A stretch of DNA of 64,000 bases, taken from assembly GCA_035646975.1 (NCBI GenBank), contig DASROJ010000117.1, positions 389-64,388 of the forward strand, given 5' to 3'. The notes under the pieces are model-generated. The model was given only the letters and a program-made list of their open reading frames with translations, did no database searches and was not told the origin of the DNA. A program made the position numbers and the translations under genes. This document shows positions 1 to 9,645 of the stretch, piece by piece (position 1 is the first letter of the stretch; each line of letters begins with the position of its first letter). Source of the stretch: Patescibacteria group bacterium (GTDB taxonomy: Bacteria; Acidobacteriota; Polarisedimenticolia; JACPZX01; DASXTC01).

Positions 1-2
1 CG

Positions 3-731
3 CGGCAAATCGGCGCCTACCGGCAGCAGAAACTCCGGGAAGACACGCTGCAGAAATCCTCGCGTCTGACCCTCGATCACCTGTTCCAGAAAATCCAGGA
101 AGGGGTGGTCAAGGAGCTGAGCCTCATCGTCAAGACCGATGTCCAGGGCTCCGTGGAGGCGCTCACCCAGATTCTTTCAGACATCGCCTCGCCCAAGGTG
201 AAGGTGCGTGTGATCCACGCCTCGACCGGTGCCATCACGGAATCCGACGTGCTGCTGGCAGCGGCCACCAACTCGATCATCATTGGCTTCAACGTGAGGC
301 CCGAGAAGAAGGCGGCGGAGCTCGCCGAAAAAGAAGAGGTCGACATTCGCCTGCACACGGTGGTTTACAACGTCGCCAACGAGATAAAGGCGGCGATGGC
401 CGGGATGCTCGAGCCGACGTTCCGGGAAGTGGCGCTCGGACGCGCCGAAGTGCGCAATACCTTCAAGGTGCCGAAGTTCGGCATCGTCGCCGGGTGCATG
501 GTCACCGAGGGCAGGATCGTCCGAAACTCCGACGTGCGCCTGCTGCGGGACAATGTCGTGATCTACACCGGCAAAGCGTCCTCGCTCAGGAGATTCAAGG
601 AAGACGTGGGCGAGGTCAAGTCCGGCTACGAATGCGGCATCGGTCTGGAGAAATTCTCCGACATCAAGCCCGATGACGTGATCGAGGCATTCAAGGTGGA
701 AAAGGTCGTCAACAAAGAGCTCTACGCCTGA
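3..731 (+). CDS. infB: translation initiation factor IF-2, C-terminal part (5' end lies outside the window)
   Basis: Frame 3 is open from the window edge. The translation ...LFQKIQEGVVKELSLIVKTDVQGSVEAL... matches the conserved IF-2 C-terminal domains. Stop TGA at 729-731. Confidence 0.9.
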   Translation, partial: RQIGAYRQQKLREDTLQKSSRLTLDHLFQKIQEGVVKELSLIVKTDVQGSVEALTQILSDIASPKVKVRVIHASTGAITESDVLLAAATNSIIIGFNVRPEKKAAELAEKEEVDIRLHTVVYNVANEIKAAMAGMLEPTFREVALGRAEVRNTFKVPKFGIVAGCMVTEGRIVRNSDVRLLRDNVVIYTGKASSLRRFKEDVGEVKSGYECGIGLEKFSDIKPDDVIEAFKVEKVVNKELYA

Positions 732-769
732 CCGCGAAACCATCTTCCTTCGGCAGGCTCTGATCGGTC

Positions 770-1051
770 ATGGTCGTCGGCGTCTGCACAATCGAGATAC
801 ATCTCCCCTTCTCCAGGTCGCTGAAGGACAAGAGGAGGGTCGTCAAGAGCCTCAAGGACCGCCTCCGCGGCAGACACAACATCTCGCTGATGGAGGTGGA
901 CGGACAGGATCTCTGGCAGCGCGCCGTGATCGGCATCGCCGCCGTGGGCGATGGAAGGCCCCCGCTGGAGGGGCTCTTCGAAACGATTCTCGCCGAGGTG
1001 GAGGCTCAGATTCCCGGCGAGATCATCAATCGCGAAGTCCAGTACTTCTGA
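770..1051 (+). CDS. DUF503 (YlxP-like) protein
   Basis: 93 aa beginning MVVGVCTIEIHLPFSRSLKDKRRVVKS. The position between infB and rbfA is conserved. ATG at 770. Confidence 0.7.
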   Translation: MVVGVCTIEIHLPFSRSLKDKRRVVKSLKDRLRGRHNISLMEVDGQDLWQRAVIGIAAVGDGRPPLEGLFETILAEVEAQIPGEIINREVQYF

Positions 1052-1060
1052 GATGGAGCC

Positions 1061-1483
1061 ATGGCCGGTCCTCGCCGTGAAAAGGTTTCCGACCTCGTTC
1101 GGGAAGAGGTGGCCCGCCTCCTGCAGGCGGAGGTGCATGATGTCCGTCTCGGATTCATCACGGTGACCGACGTGACCATGAGTCCCGATCTGAAGCACGC
1201 GCGCGTCTATGTCTCGATGCTCGCCGAGGGCGAGCCTCGTGAAAACGCCATGATGGCGCTCAAGGCCGCCAGCGGCTTCATCCGCCGCCGCATCGGCCAG
1301 ACGCTTCGACTGCGACACACGCCTCAGATCTCCTTCGCGCTGGACACCTCGATCGAATATGGCGCCCGGATCGAGAGCCTGATACAGGAGGCGCGATCCC
1401 TGTCTCCCCCGTCGGACCCCACGGCAGCGGAGAACGACCTCCCCGCGGCGCAACAGAAAGATGACGACGAGGCGAAGCGATGA
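1061..1483 (+). CDS. rbfA: ribosome-binding factor A with a C-terminal Pro/Asp-rich tail
   Basis: Translation VREEVARLLQAEVHDVRLGFITVTDVTMSPDLKHARVYVS is RbfA-like. The stop overlaps the truB ATG (ATGA at 1480-1483). Confidence 0.85.
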   Translation: MAGPRREKVSDLVREEVARLLQAEVHDVRLGFITVTDVTMSPDLKHARVYVSMLAEGEPRENAMMALKAASGFIRRRIGQTLRLRHTPQISFALDTSIEYGARIESLIQEARSLSPPSDPTAAENDLPAAQQKDDDEAKR

Positions 1484-2400
1484 CGCCGCTCGAAGGGCTG
1501 CTCGTCGTCGACAAGCCGGCAGGACCCACTTCTCACGACATCGTCGACCAGGTCCGGCGATTCACACCGGGACTCCGCGTCGGGCATACGGGCACCCTGG
1601 ATCCATTCGCCACCGGAGTCCTGGCCCTGTGCCTGGGTCGCGCGACCAGGCTGGCCCGGTTTCTCACCGCGGCGCGCAAGACCTACGAGGGGGCCATCAG
1701 GCTCGGAGTCACCACCGACACGTACGACATCGATGGTCGTGTGCTCACCGAAGCGGCCCCGCCGGCCATCGACGCGGCCACACTGGAGCTGGCCGTCCGC
1801 GGACTCACAGGCCGGCTGATGCAGACACCCCCTCGCTATTCAGCCAGAAAGATCAAGGGTCGTCCCATGTATCGGCTGGCGCGTGAGGGACGGGAGGTCG
1901 CGCCGGAGCCATCGCCGGTCATCGTCTACCGTTTTGAGATCACCGAGCGCTCCGAAACGATGCTCCGGTTCGTGGCGGAGACATCCCCGGGCACCTACGT
2001 GCGTTCGCTGGCCCACGACCTGGGTGCGGCGCTGGGCTGCGGCGGATGCCTCGTCGAGCTCCGGCGCACCGCGAGCGGCAGCTTCGAAGCCGCCCAGGCG
2101 CACGCGATGCCGGAGATTCTCCAACGAGGAAGAGCCGGCACGCTGTCTGAAATCATCATTCCGCCGGAGCGGATGGACCTCGGCCTGCCCAGCGTGACGG
2201 TGACCACGGATGGTCGCACCGCCATGCGATCGGGACGGGTCCTCAGCGCCCGGGAATTCACCGTCTCCGGGGTTGCCGCGGTCGGGCCGGGACCGGTGCG
2301 GGTCGAGGACCAGGAGGGCAATCTGCTCGGCGTTGCGCTGCAAACCAGGGATATGGCCGGTGCCGAGGTGCTCCAGCCGGACGTCGTGCTCGTGGCCTGA
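1480..2400 (+). CDS. truB: tRNA pseudouridine(55) synthase
   Basis: Translation LLVVDKPAGPTSHDIVDQVRR...GHTGTLDPFATGVLALCLGRATRL carries the TruB catalytic Asp motif. Confidence 0.9.
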   Translation: MTPLEGLLVVDKPAGPTSHDIVDQVRRFTPGLRVGHTGTLDPFATGVLALCLGRATRLARFLTAARKTYEGAIRLGVTTDTYDIDGRVLTEAAPPAIDAATLELAVRGLTGRLMQTPPRYSARKIKGRPMYRLAREGREVAPEPSPVIVYRFEITERSETMLRFVAETSPGTYVRSLAHDLGAALGCGGCLVELRRTASGSFEAAQAHAMPEILQRGRAGTLSEIIIPPERMDLGLPSVTVTTDGRTAMRSGRVLSAREFTVSGVAAVGPGPVRVEDQEGNLLGVALQTRDMAGAEVLQPDVVLVA

Positions 2401-2503
2401 TTTGATCTTTACATCCTTCGCGCACGGGTGCTAAGATGCGCGGCGATAATCGTTGGAATTGAATGGAATGATCCGGCCCGGCGCCGGAAGGGAGGCTGGG
2501 GTC

Positions 2504-2773
2504 TTGGCCCTGACGAGAGAGAACAAGAGCGAGATCATCGAATCCTACCGTGTCCACCAGCTGGACACCGGCTCACCCGAGGTACAGATCGCAATCCTGT
2601 CACGCCGAATCGAGTATCTGACCGAGCACTTCAAGACGCACAAGAAAGATCATCATTCGCGCCAGGGGTTGCTGAAACTGGTAGGCAAACGTCGCCGGCT
2701 GCTCGATTACCTCAAGACCAACGATGTGGAGAGATACAAAGAGGTGATTCAGCGCCTCGGCATCCGTAAGTAG
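2504..2773 (+). CDS. rpsO: 30S ribosomal protein S15
   Basis: The ORF track starts at TTG 2453. A TTG at 2504 preceded by GGAGG (2491-2495) gives [71 protein letters not shown], an 89-aa product typical of S15. Confidence 0.85.
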   Translation: MALTRENKSEIIESYRVHQLDTGSPEVQIAILSRRIEYLTEHFKTHKKDHHSRQGLLKLVGKRRRLLDYLKTNDVERYKEVIQRLGIRK

Positions 2774-2953
2774 GCGCGAGCCACGCGTCCGGTCGGCCGG
2801 CGGGAAGCCGGATTCTAGGGGTTATACTTACATTTATTTGGCGTCACCTATCAGATGGCTTCATCTTACCCTTAGTTTGTAGCTTCCCTCCCCCGCCTGG
2901 ATCGGCTCGAATTCATCAGCCGATCTTCAACTCAAGAGAATCTGGAGGTTCAC

Positions 2954-5203
2954 GTGCACGTTTCACGCGAATTTGAAATCGCGGGGCGGAAGCTCACCAT
3001 AGAAACCGGCAAGATCGCCAAACAGGCCGACGGCGCCGTCACCGTTCGTTACGGCGACACCGTCGTGCTCGTCACCGCCTGCGCCGACAGGAAACCGAAG
3101 GCTGACGTCGATTTCATCCCGCTCACGGTCGACTACCGTGAGAACACCTACGCCGCTGGGAAGATCCCGGGTGGGTTCTTCAAGCGCGAGGGCCGCCCGA
3201 ACGAGAAGGAGATCCTGACCTCCCGCCTCATCGACCGCCCGATCCGGCCGCTGTTCCCCGAAGGATGGAACTGCGAGACGCAGGTCGTCGCACTGGTGCT
3301 GTCGTACGACCAGGAGAACGACCCCGATACGCTGGCGGTCATCGGCGCCTCATCGGCCCTTTATCTGTCGGACATCCCCTTCCACATGCCGATCGCCGCG
3401 GTGCACGTGGGAATCATCAACGACCAGATCGTCATCAACCCCGCGGAAAAGGACATGGCTTCGAGCCGCCTCGACCTCGTCGTCGCAGCCGGCGAAGAAG
3501 ACGTCGTGATGGTGGAGGCTGGCGCCGCCGAGATCACCGAGGAACAGGTCCTTGCCGCGATACGCGCGGGAAAGGAAGCCTGCCGCCAGATCGTCGCCGT
3601 GCAGAAAGAGATGTTCAGGGCGATGAACATCACCAAGCGGGTCGTCGTGAAGAAGGAGTTCCCGGCGGACGTTTACAGCCGCATCGAGAACAGCGTGACC
3701 GGGCCGCTGCTCGAAGCGCTGTCGACCTCGGGCAAGATCGAAAGCTACAAGGCCGTCGCCCGTGTCAAGGAGATCCTGCTCGAGGGGATCCCCGCCGACG
3801 ACGCGGCGCAGACGAAGATGGCCAAGCAGATCTTCGAGCATGTGCTCGAACGGCTGGCCCGGCGTGAAATCCTCAAGCAACGCAAGCGTTTCGACAAGCG
3901 CACCTTCGCCGAGATACGGCCCATCACCTGCGAGGTCGGCGCGCTTCCCAGGACGCACGGCTCGGCCATCTTCACGCGAGGCGAAACGCAGGCCCTCGTC
4001 ACCGTGACGCTGGGCACTTCGGCGGACGCCCAGAAGCTCGACTGGCTCGAAGGCGAGTCACAGAGACGGTTCATGCTGCACTACAACTTCCCGCCCTTCT
4101 CGGTGGGTGAGGTGAAGTTCCTGCGCGGCCCCGGCCGTCGCGAGATCGGACACGGGGCCCTCGCCGAACGGGCGCTCAAGGGAATGGTTCCCGAGATCGA
4201 GAACTTCCCCTACACGGTGCGGCTGGTGTCGGACATCCTCGAATCGAATGGCTCCTCCTCGATGGCTTCCATCTGCGGCGGAACCCTCGCGCTGATGGAC
4301 GCCGGTGTCCCGATGAAGGCCCCCATCGCCGGCATCGCGATGGGGCTCATGAAGGAGGGCGATGATTACGCGATTCTTTCGGACATCGCCGGTGTCGAGG
4401 ATCATTACGGCGACATGGACTTCAAGGTCGCCGGCTCGCGCAAGGGAATCACCGCGGTGCAGATGGACATCAAGGTCAGCGGCATCGCCGAGGAGATCAT
4501 GCGCAAGGCCCTCGACCAGGCGCGCGAGGGAAGGCTGCACATCCTGGACAAAATGATCGAGACTCTCTCCACGGCGAGAGAGAACATCTCGCTGTTCGCC
4601 CCACGCATGCTCACCACGATGATCCCGAAGGACAAGATTCGCGAGGTCATCGGGCCGGGCGGGAAAATGATCCGTTCGATCGTGGAGCGCACCGGGGCGA
4701 AGATCGAAATCAACGACGACGGCCGGGTCGAGATCGCGTCGATGGACGAAGCTTCGGCCAGGATGGCGCTCGAGATTATCACTGAGCTGACGACCGAAGC
4801 AGAGGTGGGCAAGTCCTACATGGGCAAGGTCAAGAGGCTGGTGAACTTCGGCGCGTTCGTCGAGATTCTGCCGGGCCTCGAGGGGCTCCTTCACGTATCG
4901 GAAATCGCTCCCTACCGCGTCAACGACCCCCACGATGAGCTCAACGAAGGCGATGAGATCATGGTGAAGGTGATCGACGTCGATGGCGACAGGGTCCGGC
5001 TCAGTCGAAGGGCGCTCATGGCCGAGCAGTCGGGGGAAGGAACCGGAGGAGGGCCGGAAGGCGGTGCCGAGGACGGTTCGAAGGCACACGCCCAGAGCGC
5101 TCCAGCCTCGCGGCCCGGAATGGGGCACCGGCCATCAGGCGGCTCGCATGACCGAGATCGTGGTCGCAGCGGTGGGCCCGGAGGCCAGCGTCGAAGGCGC
5201 TAA
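2954..5203 (+). CDS. pnp: polynucleotide phosphorylase (polyribonucleotide nucleotidyltransferase) with an unusual Gly/Arg-rich C-terminal tail
   Basis: GTG at 2954 preceded by GGAGG. It has two RNase PH-like domains, a KH domain and an S1 domain (GKVKRLVNFGAFVEILPGLEGLLHVSEI). The last ~55 aa are a low-complexity G/R/S tail. Confidence 0.95.
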   Translation: MHVSREFEIAGRKLTIETGKIAKQADGAVTVRYGDTVVLVTACADRKPKADVDFIPLTVDYRENTYAAGKIPGGFFKREGRPNEKEILTSRLIDRPIRPLFPEGWNCETQVVALVLSYDQENDPDTLAVIGASSALYLSDIPFHMPIAAVHVGIINDQIVINPAEKDMASSRLDLVVAAGEEDVVMVEAGAAEITEEQVLAAIRAGKEACRQIVAVQKEMFRAMNITKRVVVKKEFPADVYSRIENSVTGPLLEALSTSGKIESYKAVARVKEILLEGIPADDAAQTKMAKQIFEHVLERLARREILKQRKRFDKRTFAEIRPITCEVGALPRTHGSAIFTRGETQALVTVTLGTSADAQKLDWLEGESQRRFMLHYNFPPFSVGEVKFLRGPGRREIGHGALAERALKGMVPEIENFPYTVRLVSDILESNGSSSMASICGGTLALMDAGVPMKAPIAGIAMGLMKEGDDYAILSDIAGVEDHYGDMDFKVAGSRKGITAVQMDIKVSGIAEEIMRKALDQAREGRLHILDKMIETLSTARENISLFAPRMLTTMIPKDKIREVIGPGGKMIRSIVERTGAKIEINDDGRVEIASMDEASARMALEIITELTTEAEVGKSYMGKVKRLVNFGAFVEILPGLEGLLHVSEIAPYRVNDPHDELNEGDEIMVKVIDVDGDRVRLSRRALMAEQSGEGTGGGPEGGAEDGSKAHAQSAPASRPGMGHRPSGGSHDRDRGRSGGPGGQRRRR

Positions 5204-5207
5204 TCGC

Positions 5208-5405
5208 TCAGAGATTCAGAGCCTTGACCTTGTTTATCAGGGTATTGCGGTGAATTCCAAGTTTTCGAGCAGCTACTGATCGGTTGCCGCTGTTCTCCTT
5301 GAGGGCGATCGTGATGTATCTCCGTTCGAACTCTCGCAGCGCCTGGTTGAGCTTGATTTCTCCCTTGACCCACTCAGCTATCATCTTCTCGAGTGTGCCG
5401 GTCAC
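5208..5405 (-). CDS. small Fis-family helix-turn-helix DNA-binding protein
   Basis: 65 aa. The C-terminus NRSVAARKLGIHRNTLINKVKAL is a Fis/NtrC-type HTH. GTG start at 5405. Confidence 0.5.
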   Translation of the reverse strand: MTGTLEKMIAEWVKGEIKLNQALREFERRYITIALKENSGNRSVAARKLGIHRNTLINKVKALNL

Positions 5406-5421
5406 GATGCCTCACCTTTCT

Positions 5422-5443
5422 TCATGGGCAGGTCCGCCCATGA
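5422..5443. promoter_or_regulatory. inverted repeat TCATGGGC-N6-GCCCATGA, candidate operator
   Basis: Perfect 8-bp arms, read directly. 17 bp upstream of the Fis-type HTH gene start, in the divergent intergenic region. Confidence 0.35.
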
Positions 5444-5520
5444 GAACTGGACTACGGCCTTATGAAAGCGTCCCGCCGGGAACAGCCTGAAGCGGCTACA
5501 ACCGATCTTGTCTTGGAGAA

Positions 5521-6117
5521 ATGCCATGTTATCACAGCGCTCTCTCTGGTCAAGATTTTTCTGCCGTCGAGATGCTGAGCGCCGCGCAAAAACAAATCGC
5601 CCTTCGCGCAGCGCGTGAGGCCGTGCTCCGCAGACTCCAGCTGATCGAGGCCGAGCCGCCAGATACCACCGAAGAAAAACTCCTCGAACGGTGCGGTGTC
5701 TTCGTGAGTCTGCACTCTGGTGAGGAGCTGCGCGGTTGCATCGGCGTCATCGAACCAACCGCGCCGCTCATCGCGACGATCGCCACCTGCGCGGTATCGG
5801 CGGCCACCACCGACAACCGGTTCCCGCCCGTCACGCTCGCTGAGATGCCTTCGATTCGTTTCGAGATTTCCGTGCTCGGCCCGCCGGTCAGTATCCAGGG
5901 CCCGGACGAGGTGGAGATCGGCCGCGATGGTGTCATCGTGACGCTGGGAGGCCGAACGGCGCTGATGCTTCCCCAGGTGGCCGAGCATGAAGGATGGGGC
6001 GCGTCGGATCTGCTGTCGGCTGTCTGCCGGAAGGCCGGGCTTCCCCCCGCCGCGTGGCAGGAAGCTGCCACGCGGCTGGAGAAGTTTACGGCAGAGGTCT
6101 TTGGGGAGGAAGGCTGA
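5521..6117 (+). CDS. AMMECR1 domain protein
   Basis: Translation ERCGVFVSLHSGEELRGCIGVIEPTAPL is the AMMECR1 signature. The start may be the internal ATG near 5572. Confidence 0.7.
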   Translation: MPCYHSALSGQDFSAVEMLSAAQKQIALRAAREAVLRRLQLIEAEPPDTTEEKLLERCGVFVSLHSGEELRGCIGVIEPTAPLIATIATCAVSAATTDNRFPPVTLAEMPSIRFEISVLGPPVSIQGPDEVEIGRDGVIVTLGGRTALMLPQVAEHEGWGASDLLSAVCRKAGLPPAAWQEAATRLEKFTAEVFGEEG

Positions 6118-6123
6118 GGTTGA

Positions 6124-7473
6124 TTACCTTGCCGCCACCCTGTCTCCCAGACCCAGCTCTCGAACGGACATCACCACCTTCGCCATCGAGGTGTGTTTCT
6201 CGGTGCGGAGGACGACGATCTGGCCGAGCATCACCTGCGGAAGGTCACCCGGTCTGATTTTCCCGTCCACTCGCCCGCGCGCAGCCCTCACCTGGGTGCC
6301 CGCGATGAAGCTCTCCGATGAATCGAACTTCACCGGACCGCCCCATTCCCTGAACACCGTCAGGACATCGCCCGGACGCAACCCGTTATCGGAGCCCATG
6401 TCGATGTTGATGATGTCCCCCTCCCCGATGTTGAACCTGGTGGGAGTGACAGTGACGATGTATCCCGCGTTATCCGTCTGCACGTCGGCGCCGTAACGGC
6501 GGAAGGAAGCCGGCATGGCCAGGGGGACCGGGATCTCTTCATAGGGAATCAGCGGCATGCCCACCTCGATCCCCTGGCAAGCCTGCACGATTTCCGCCGT
6601 CGCGGTGGTTTCCTGCAGGGCGATGACACGCACGCGCCCCACCATCCGGACGCCTTGACCCACGTCCTCTGAGAAAACCGGGTGCGGAATCATTCCCTCG
6701 TCCACGACGACCGTGAACTCGTCACCCGTGGTGATGTTGCTGTCCATCCCGTGGTTGAGGAACACGATGTCGCCGGTGCTGAGCAGGGTGCGCGTGCCCT
6801 CTTCCCTCTCGCGAATCGTGAGATCGGGCTTTGTGAACGAGTCGACGATGAAATTCGAGCAATAGATGTCCGACTCCCCCGCGGCCGGGGAAAGCACCGG
6901 GGCGCCGGTCATGACCGGTGTCGGCGACGGCTCGGTGGTGGCGGCCTGGCCGCCGGTCGATTCTCCGGCGGGCGGCTCGAGCATCTCGATGGCGGGTTCG
7001 GGTCCCTTCTCGCCGATCACCGTCGGCCTTCCGGGAATCAGCAGCGGGTCGCCGGGATAGATCCAGTGCGAGTCGGTGATGTACTGGTTGACGTCCCAGA
7101 TCTGCGGCCAGAGATAGGGATCCTGCAGATACTTGCCGGCGAGATCCCAGAGCGTGTCCCCTTTCTCGATGATGTGAACCTTCGAGCCCTGTGGAAACGA
7201 CTCGACGGAAGGCGGCTCGTACGGCGTCCAGTGGGTCCCGACGAATCGGCCGGTCCGCGGCGGATGTGTCGAGGAGGGGGCCGTGGCGCGCGCCCTCGCG
7301 TCAGCCCTCGCGTCCGCCGAAGACTGTTCGGCGCTCTTCTCCTGCTGCTGGGCGGCCCGCTCCTGCTCAGGGGTCTGCTCCTGTCTTGCCCGCGCGAGTG
7401 ACGCGGGTGCGACCAGAATCATGGCCGCAAGCACCAAGCCTGTCAGGGCGCTGGAGTGGTTGCGCTTGGTCAT
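6124..7473 (-). CDS. secreted LysM domain protein
   Basis: Signal peptide MTKRNHSSALTGLVLAAMILVAPASLARA. LysM motif HIIEKGDTLWDLAGKYLQDPYLWPQIWDVN. Convergent with the AMMECR1 gene across a 6-bp gap. Confidence 0.7.
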   Translation of the reverse strand: MTKRNHSSALTGLVLAAMILVAPASLARARQEQTPEQERAAQQQEKSAEQSSADARADARARATAPSSTHPPRTGRFVGTHWTPYEPPSVESFPQGSKVHIIEKGDTLWDLAGKYLQDPYLWPQIWDVNQYITDSHWIYPGDPLLIPGRPTVIGEKGPEPAIEMLEPPAGESTGGQAATTEPSPTPVMTGAPVLSPAAGESDIYCSNFIVDSFTKPDLTIREREEGTRTLLSTGDIVFLNHGMDSNITTGDEFTVVVDEGMIPHPVFSEDVGQGVRMVGRVRVIALQETTATAEIVQACQGIEVGMPLIPYEEIPVPLAMPASFRRYGADVQTDNAGYIVTVTPTRFNIGEGDIINIDMGSDNGLRPGDVLTVFREWGGPVKFDSSESFIAGTQVRAARGRVDGKIRPGDLPQVMLGQIVVLRTEKHTSMAKVVMSVRELGLGDRVAAR

Positions 7474-7782
7474 TCAAATGCCTCCTGGGCGACGCGGCCC
7501 CGAAATGGCTCAATCTGTTGTTTAGCTTTGACTTCCACCTGAAGCGGCGCCAAGCCACGGTACCCCGTCAGGGCGACAGGGGCGGAATATATGTGGCTTT
7601 TCAGGGGCAGGCAACCCACGGGGTGCTGGCGGAGGCCCCGGCGGGGCAGGGCGAATTACCTGTGTGCTGCGGGCGTTTTGACCCGTCGTGGCGTCGCCCC
7701 CTTCGTCTTGATGCCCATGTTGATGCCCATGGCCCGGGCAATGAGAGGCAACCTCCCTCGCACCGGCCGGGCCTGCCCGTGG

Positions 7783-9567
7783 CTATCGCAAGTTGAAATC
7801 CACGATGACGACGACGCGGACGGGAACCGGTTCGTCCCCGAGCCGTGCAGGCGTGTACCTCCACTGGGAGACCGCCCACATCGCTTCGAGGAGGAAGTAA
7901 CCCTTCGTTGCCATGATCACCCGCATGTCGGTCACATGGCCATCCCGGGTAACGCCGATGTCGAAAGTGGCCCTGCCATTCTCGCGATTGTTACGCGCGT
8001 GGAATGGGTATGATGGCGCCACGGTCCTGGTTTTCTCCGGCGGGTGAACCACGCGCGATCCATCGAGTCTGAGGGAAACCTGGGGAACGGGTTCGCCCTC
8101 CATGTGAGAGAGGAATTCCGGGTCCTCGAACAGGATCAACCGCTCTTCGACGGCGGGGTCTGGAAGATGCTCGTCAGGGGGCAGGGTCGCTGTGAACAGA
8201 GCTTCGAACGCGTCGCCGCATGGCTTGCCGCCTCTTGCGGCGCTCACGACGACACGCCGAGGACGTCCCATCGCGTCATACACCACACGGGCGTCGACGG
8301 CGCGCTGATCTCCCGAATGCTTGAGCTTGCACTGGGTCAATGCCAGCAGATCCTGGACCATCCCCGGGGGAAGTCCCGCGACGGTGCGGATCGCCGGGCC
8401 GGTCGACACAGCGGGGGTCGGGGGTCTGAGCAGGTCCGTGGAATCGATCTGTCCGATCACCCATTTGGGCAGAGGCTCTCCCGCGGGGGTCCTTCGTTTG
8501 TATCTCGCCTGCAACGCGTTGAGCTCCTGCATCGTCAGAAAGGTTCGCAAGACACCGGCATCGATCCGGTCGTCCAGGGCGACCGGCCCGTCGAGATCCA
8601 GTCGGGCGGTCCAGGCAACGTTGGTTACCGGTGTCTCGCCCAGCACTCGCCCCAGGATCTCCCGGCCGAATCGATCGTCCGGATCTCTGTCGGCGAAGCT
8701 CCTGGCGTCACTCTGTCCCCTGAGTATGCCGAGGTATTCCTCCCTTTCGGATGGCCGTGCCCTGGCATACCGGGCACTCAGAAACCAGGCGGTCTGAGCG
8801 CTGATACCGGGATCCCCGGCTGACAGGGCTCTCAGGGCCAGCCCATGCTCGAGATCGAACCTCTCGTCCCTGGCCTGGGCGAGAACCGCTCGCCAGTCGT
8901 CCGGGTCGGATTGTTCGAGCACGGCGGCGGCCAGCTGGTCGTACTCCACTTTTCCGCGCCGCGTGGCGAGCTCGAAGAACGCGAGCCTGTCGCTTTCAGT
9001 CCAATCCGCCGATCGAAGAGACTTGAAATAGATCGGGAGAGCTTCGGAGCCCAGGTCTCTCGCCAGCGTCATGGCCAGGCCTCGGGACGTCCCCCATCCG
9101 AATCGACGTGCGGACTCGATCAATAGCGGCTGGTCCTGGAGATCTCCTTCAAGCGCCAGCGCCCGAATCTCTTCGCGCGCGGCGGAAACATCGGTCTCAT
9201 GCTCCAGTGACTGCAGCAGGTCCCCTCGCAGCCCCGGTATCCGGGTTACGGCCGCCACGCGCGCGGCGGCGGCTCGCGTGGCCGGGTGGGAATCGTGCAG
9301 GCCCTCCGCGACTCTCCGATTTGCGGCGGGCAGTCCCGCGTGGCGGATCAACAGCGCCAGCGCGCCCGGGCTGAGAGGGCGGGAAAGCGCCTGCTCCAGA
9401 TTCATGGCGGGCGACATCGAGCCACCCAGGAGCAGAGTCATCAGCGCACTGAAGAACCACTTCCGAGGCGCGGCGACCCCTCGCCGGCCGGGCCCGGCAA
9501 ACCAGATCGCTGGATCGCCGCCGGCTTCAGGTGTTGTCACTCGATGGGCTCCCGTCCCGAGCGCCAC
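7783..9567 (-). CDS. large helical-repeat protein with a C-terminal TonB-C domain
   Basis: The C-terminus SYPFHARNNRENGRATFDIGVTRDGHVTDMRVIMATKGY...VPVRVVVIVDFNLR is a TonB C-terminal fold. The N-terminal ~450 aa are Ala/Leu/Arg-rich helical repeats. A probable signal peptide (ALMTLLLGGSMSPAMN) suggests an internal start. Confidence 0.55.
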   Translation of the reverse strand: MALGTGAHRVTTPEAGGDPAIWFAGPGRRGVAAPRKWFFSALMTLLLGGSMSPAMNLEQALSRPLSPGALALLIRHAGLPAANRRVAEGLHDSHPATRAAAARVAAVTRIPGLRGDLLQSLEHETDVSAAREEIRALALEGDLQDQPLLIESARRFGWGTSRGLAMTLARDLGSEALPIYFKSLRSADWTESDRLAFFELATRRGKVEYDQLAAAVLEQSDPDDWRAVLAQARDERFDLEHGLALRALSAGDPGISAQTAWFLSARYARARPSEREEYLGILRGQSDARSFADRDPDDRFGREILGRVLGETPVTNVAWTARLDLDGPVALDDRIDAGVLRTFLTMQELNALQARYKRRTPAGEPLPKWVIGQIDSTDLLRPPTPAVSTGPAIRTVAGLPPGMVQDLLALTQCKLKHSGDQRAVDARVVYDAMGRPRRVVVSAARGGKPCGDAFEALFTATLPPDEHLPDPAVEERLILFEDPEFLSHMEGEPVPQVSLRLDGSRVVHPPEKTRTVAPSYPFHARNNRENGRATFDIGVTRDGHVTDMRVIMATKGYFLLEAMWAVSQWRYTPARLGDEPVPVRVVVIVDFNLR

Positions 9568-9645
9568 GATTCGTTCGTGTCAGACAGTGATGCGAGAGAC
9601 TCGCTCAGCCGGTGCTGTCCTCCTTGATGGGGAGCAGCAGGGCTT

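Noticed and set aside
3265-3867. 200-aa Arg-rich ORF inside pnp in another frame
   Set aside because: Embedded in a well-conserved gene, with low complexity.
7474-7782. Possible sigma-54 promoter (TGGCTT...CGCT on the minus strand) and small-peptide repeat ATGGGCATCAAC x2 in the LysM upstream region
   Set aside because: The -12 element does not match TTGC, and the direct repeat is only two copies. The region is kept as an ordinary promoter.
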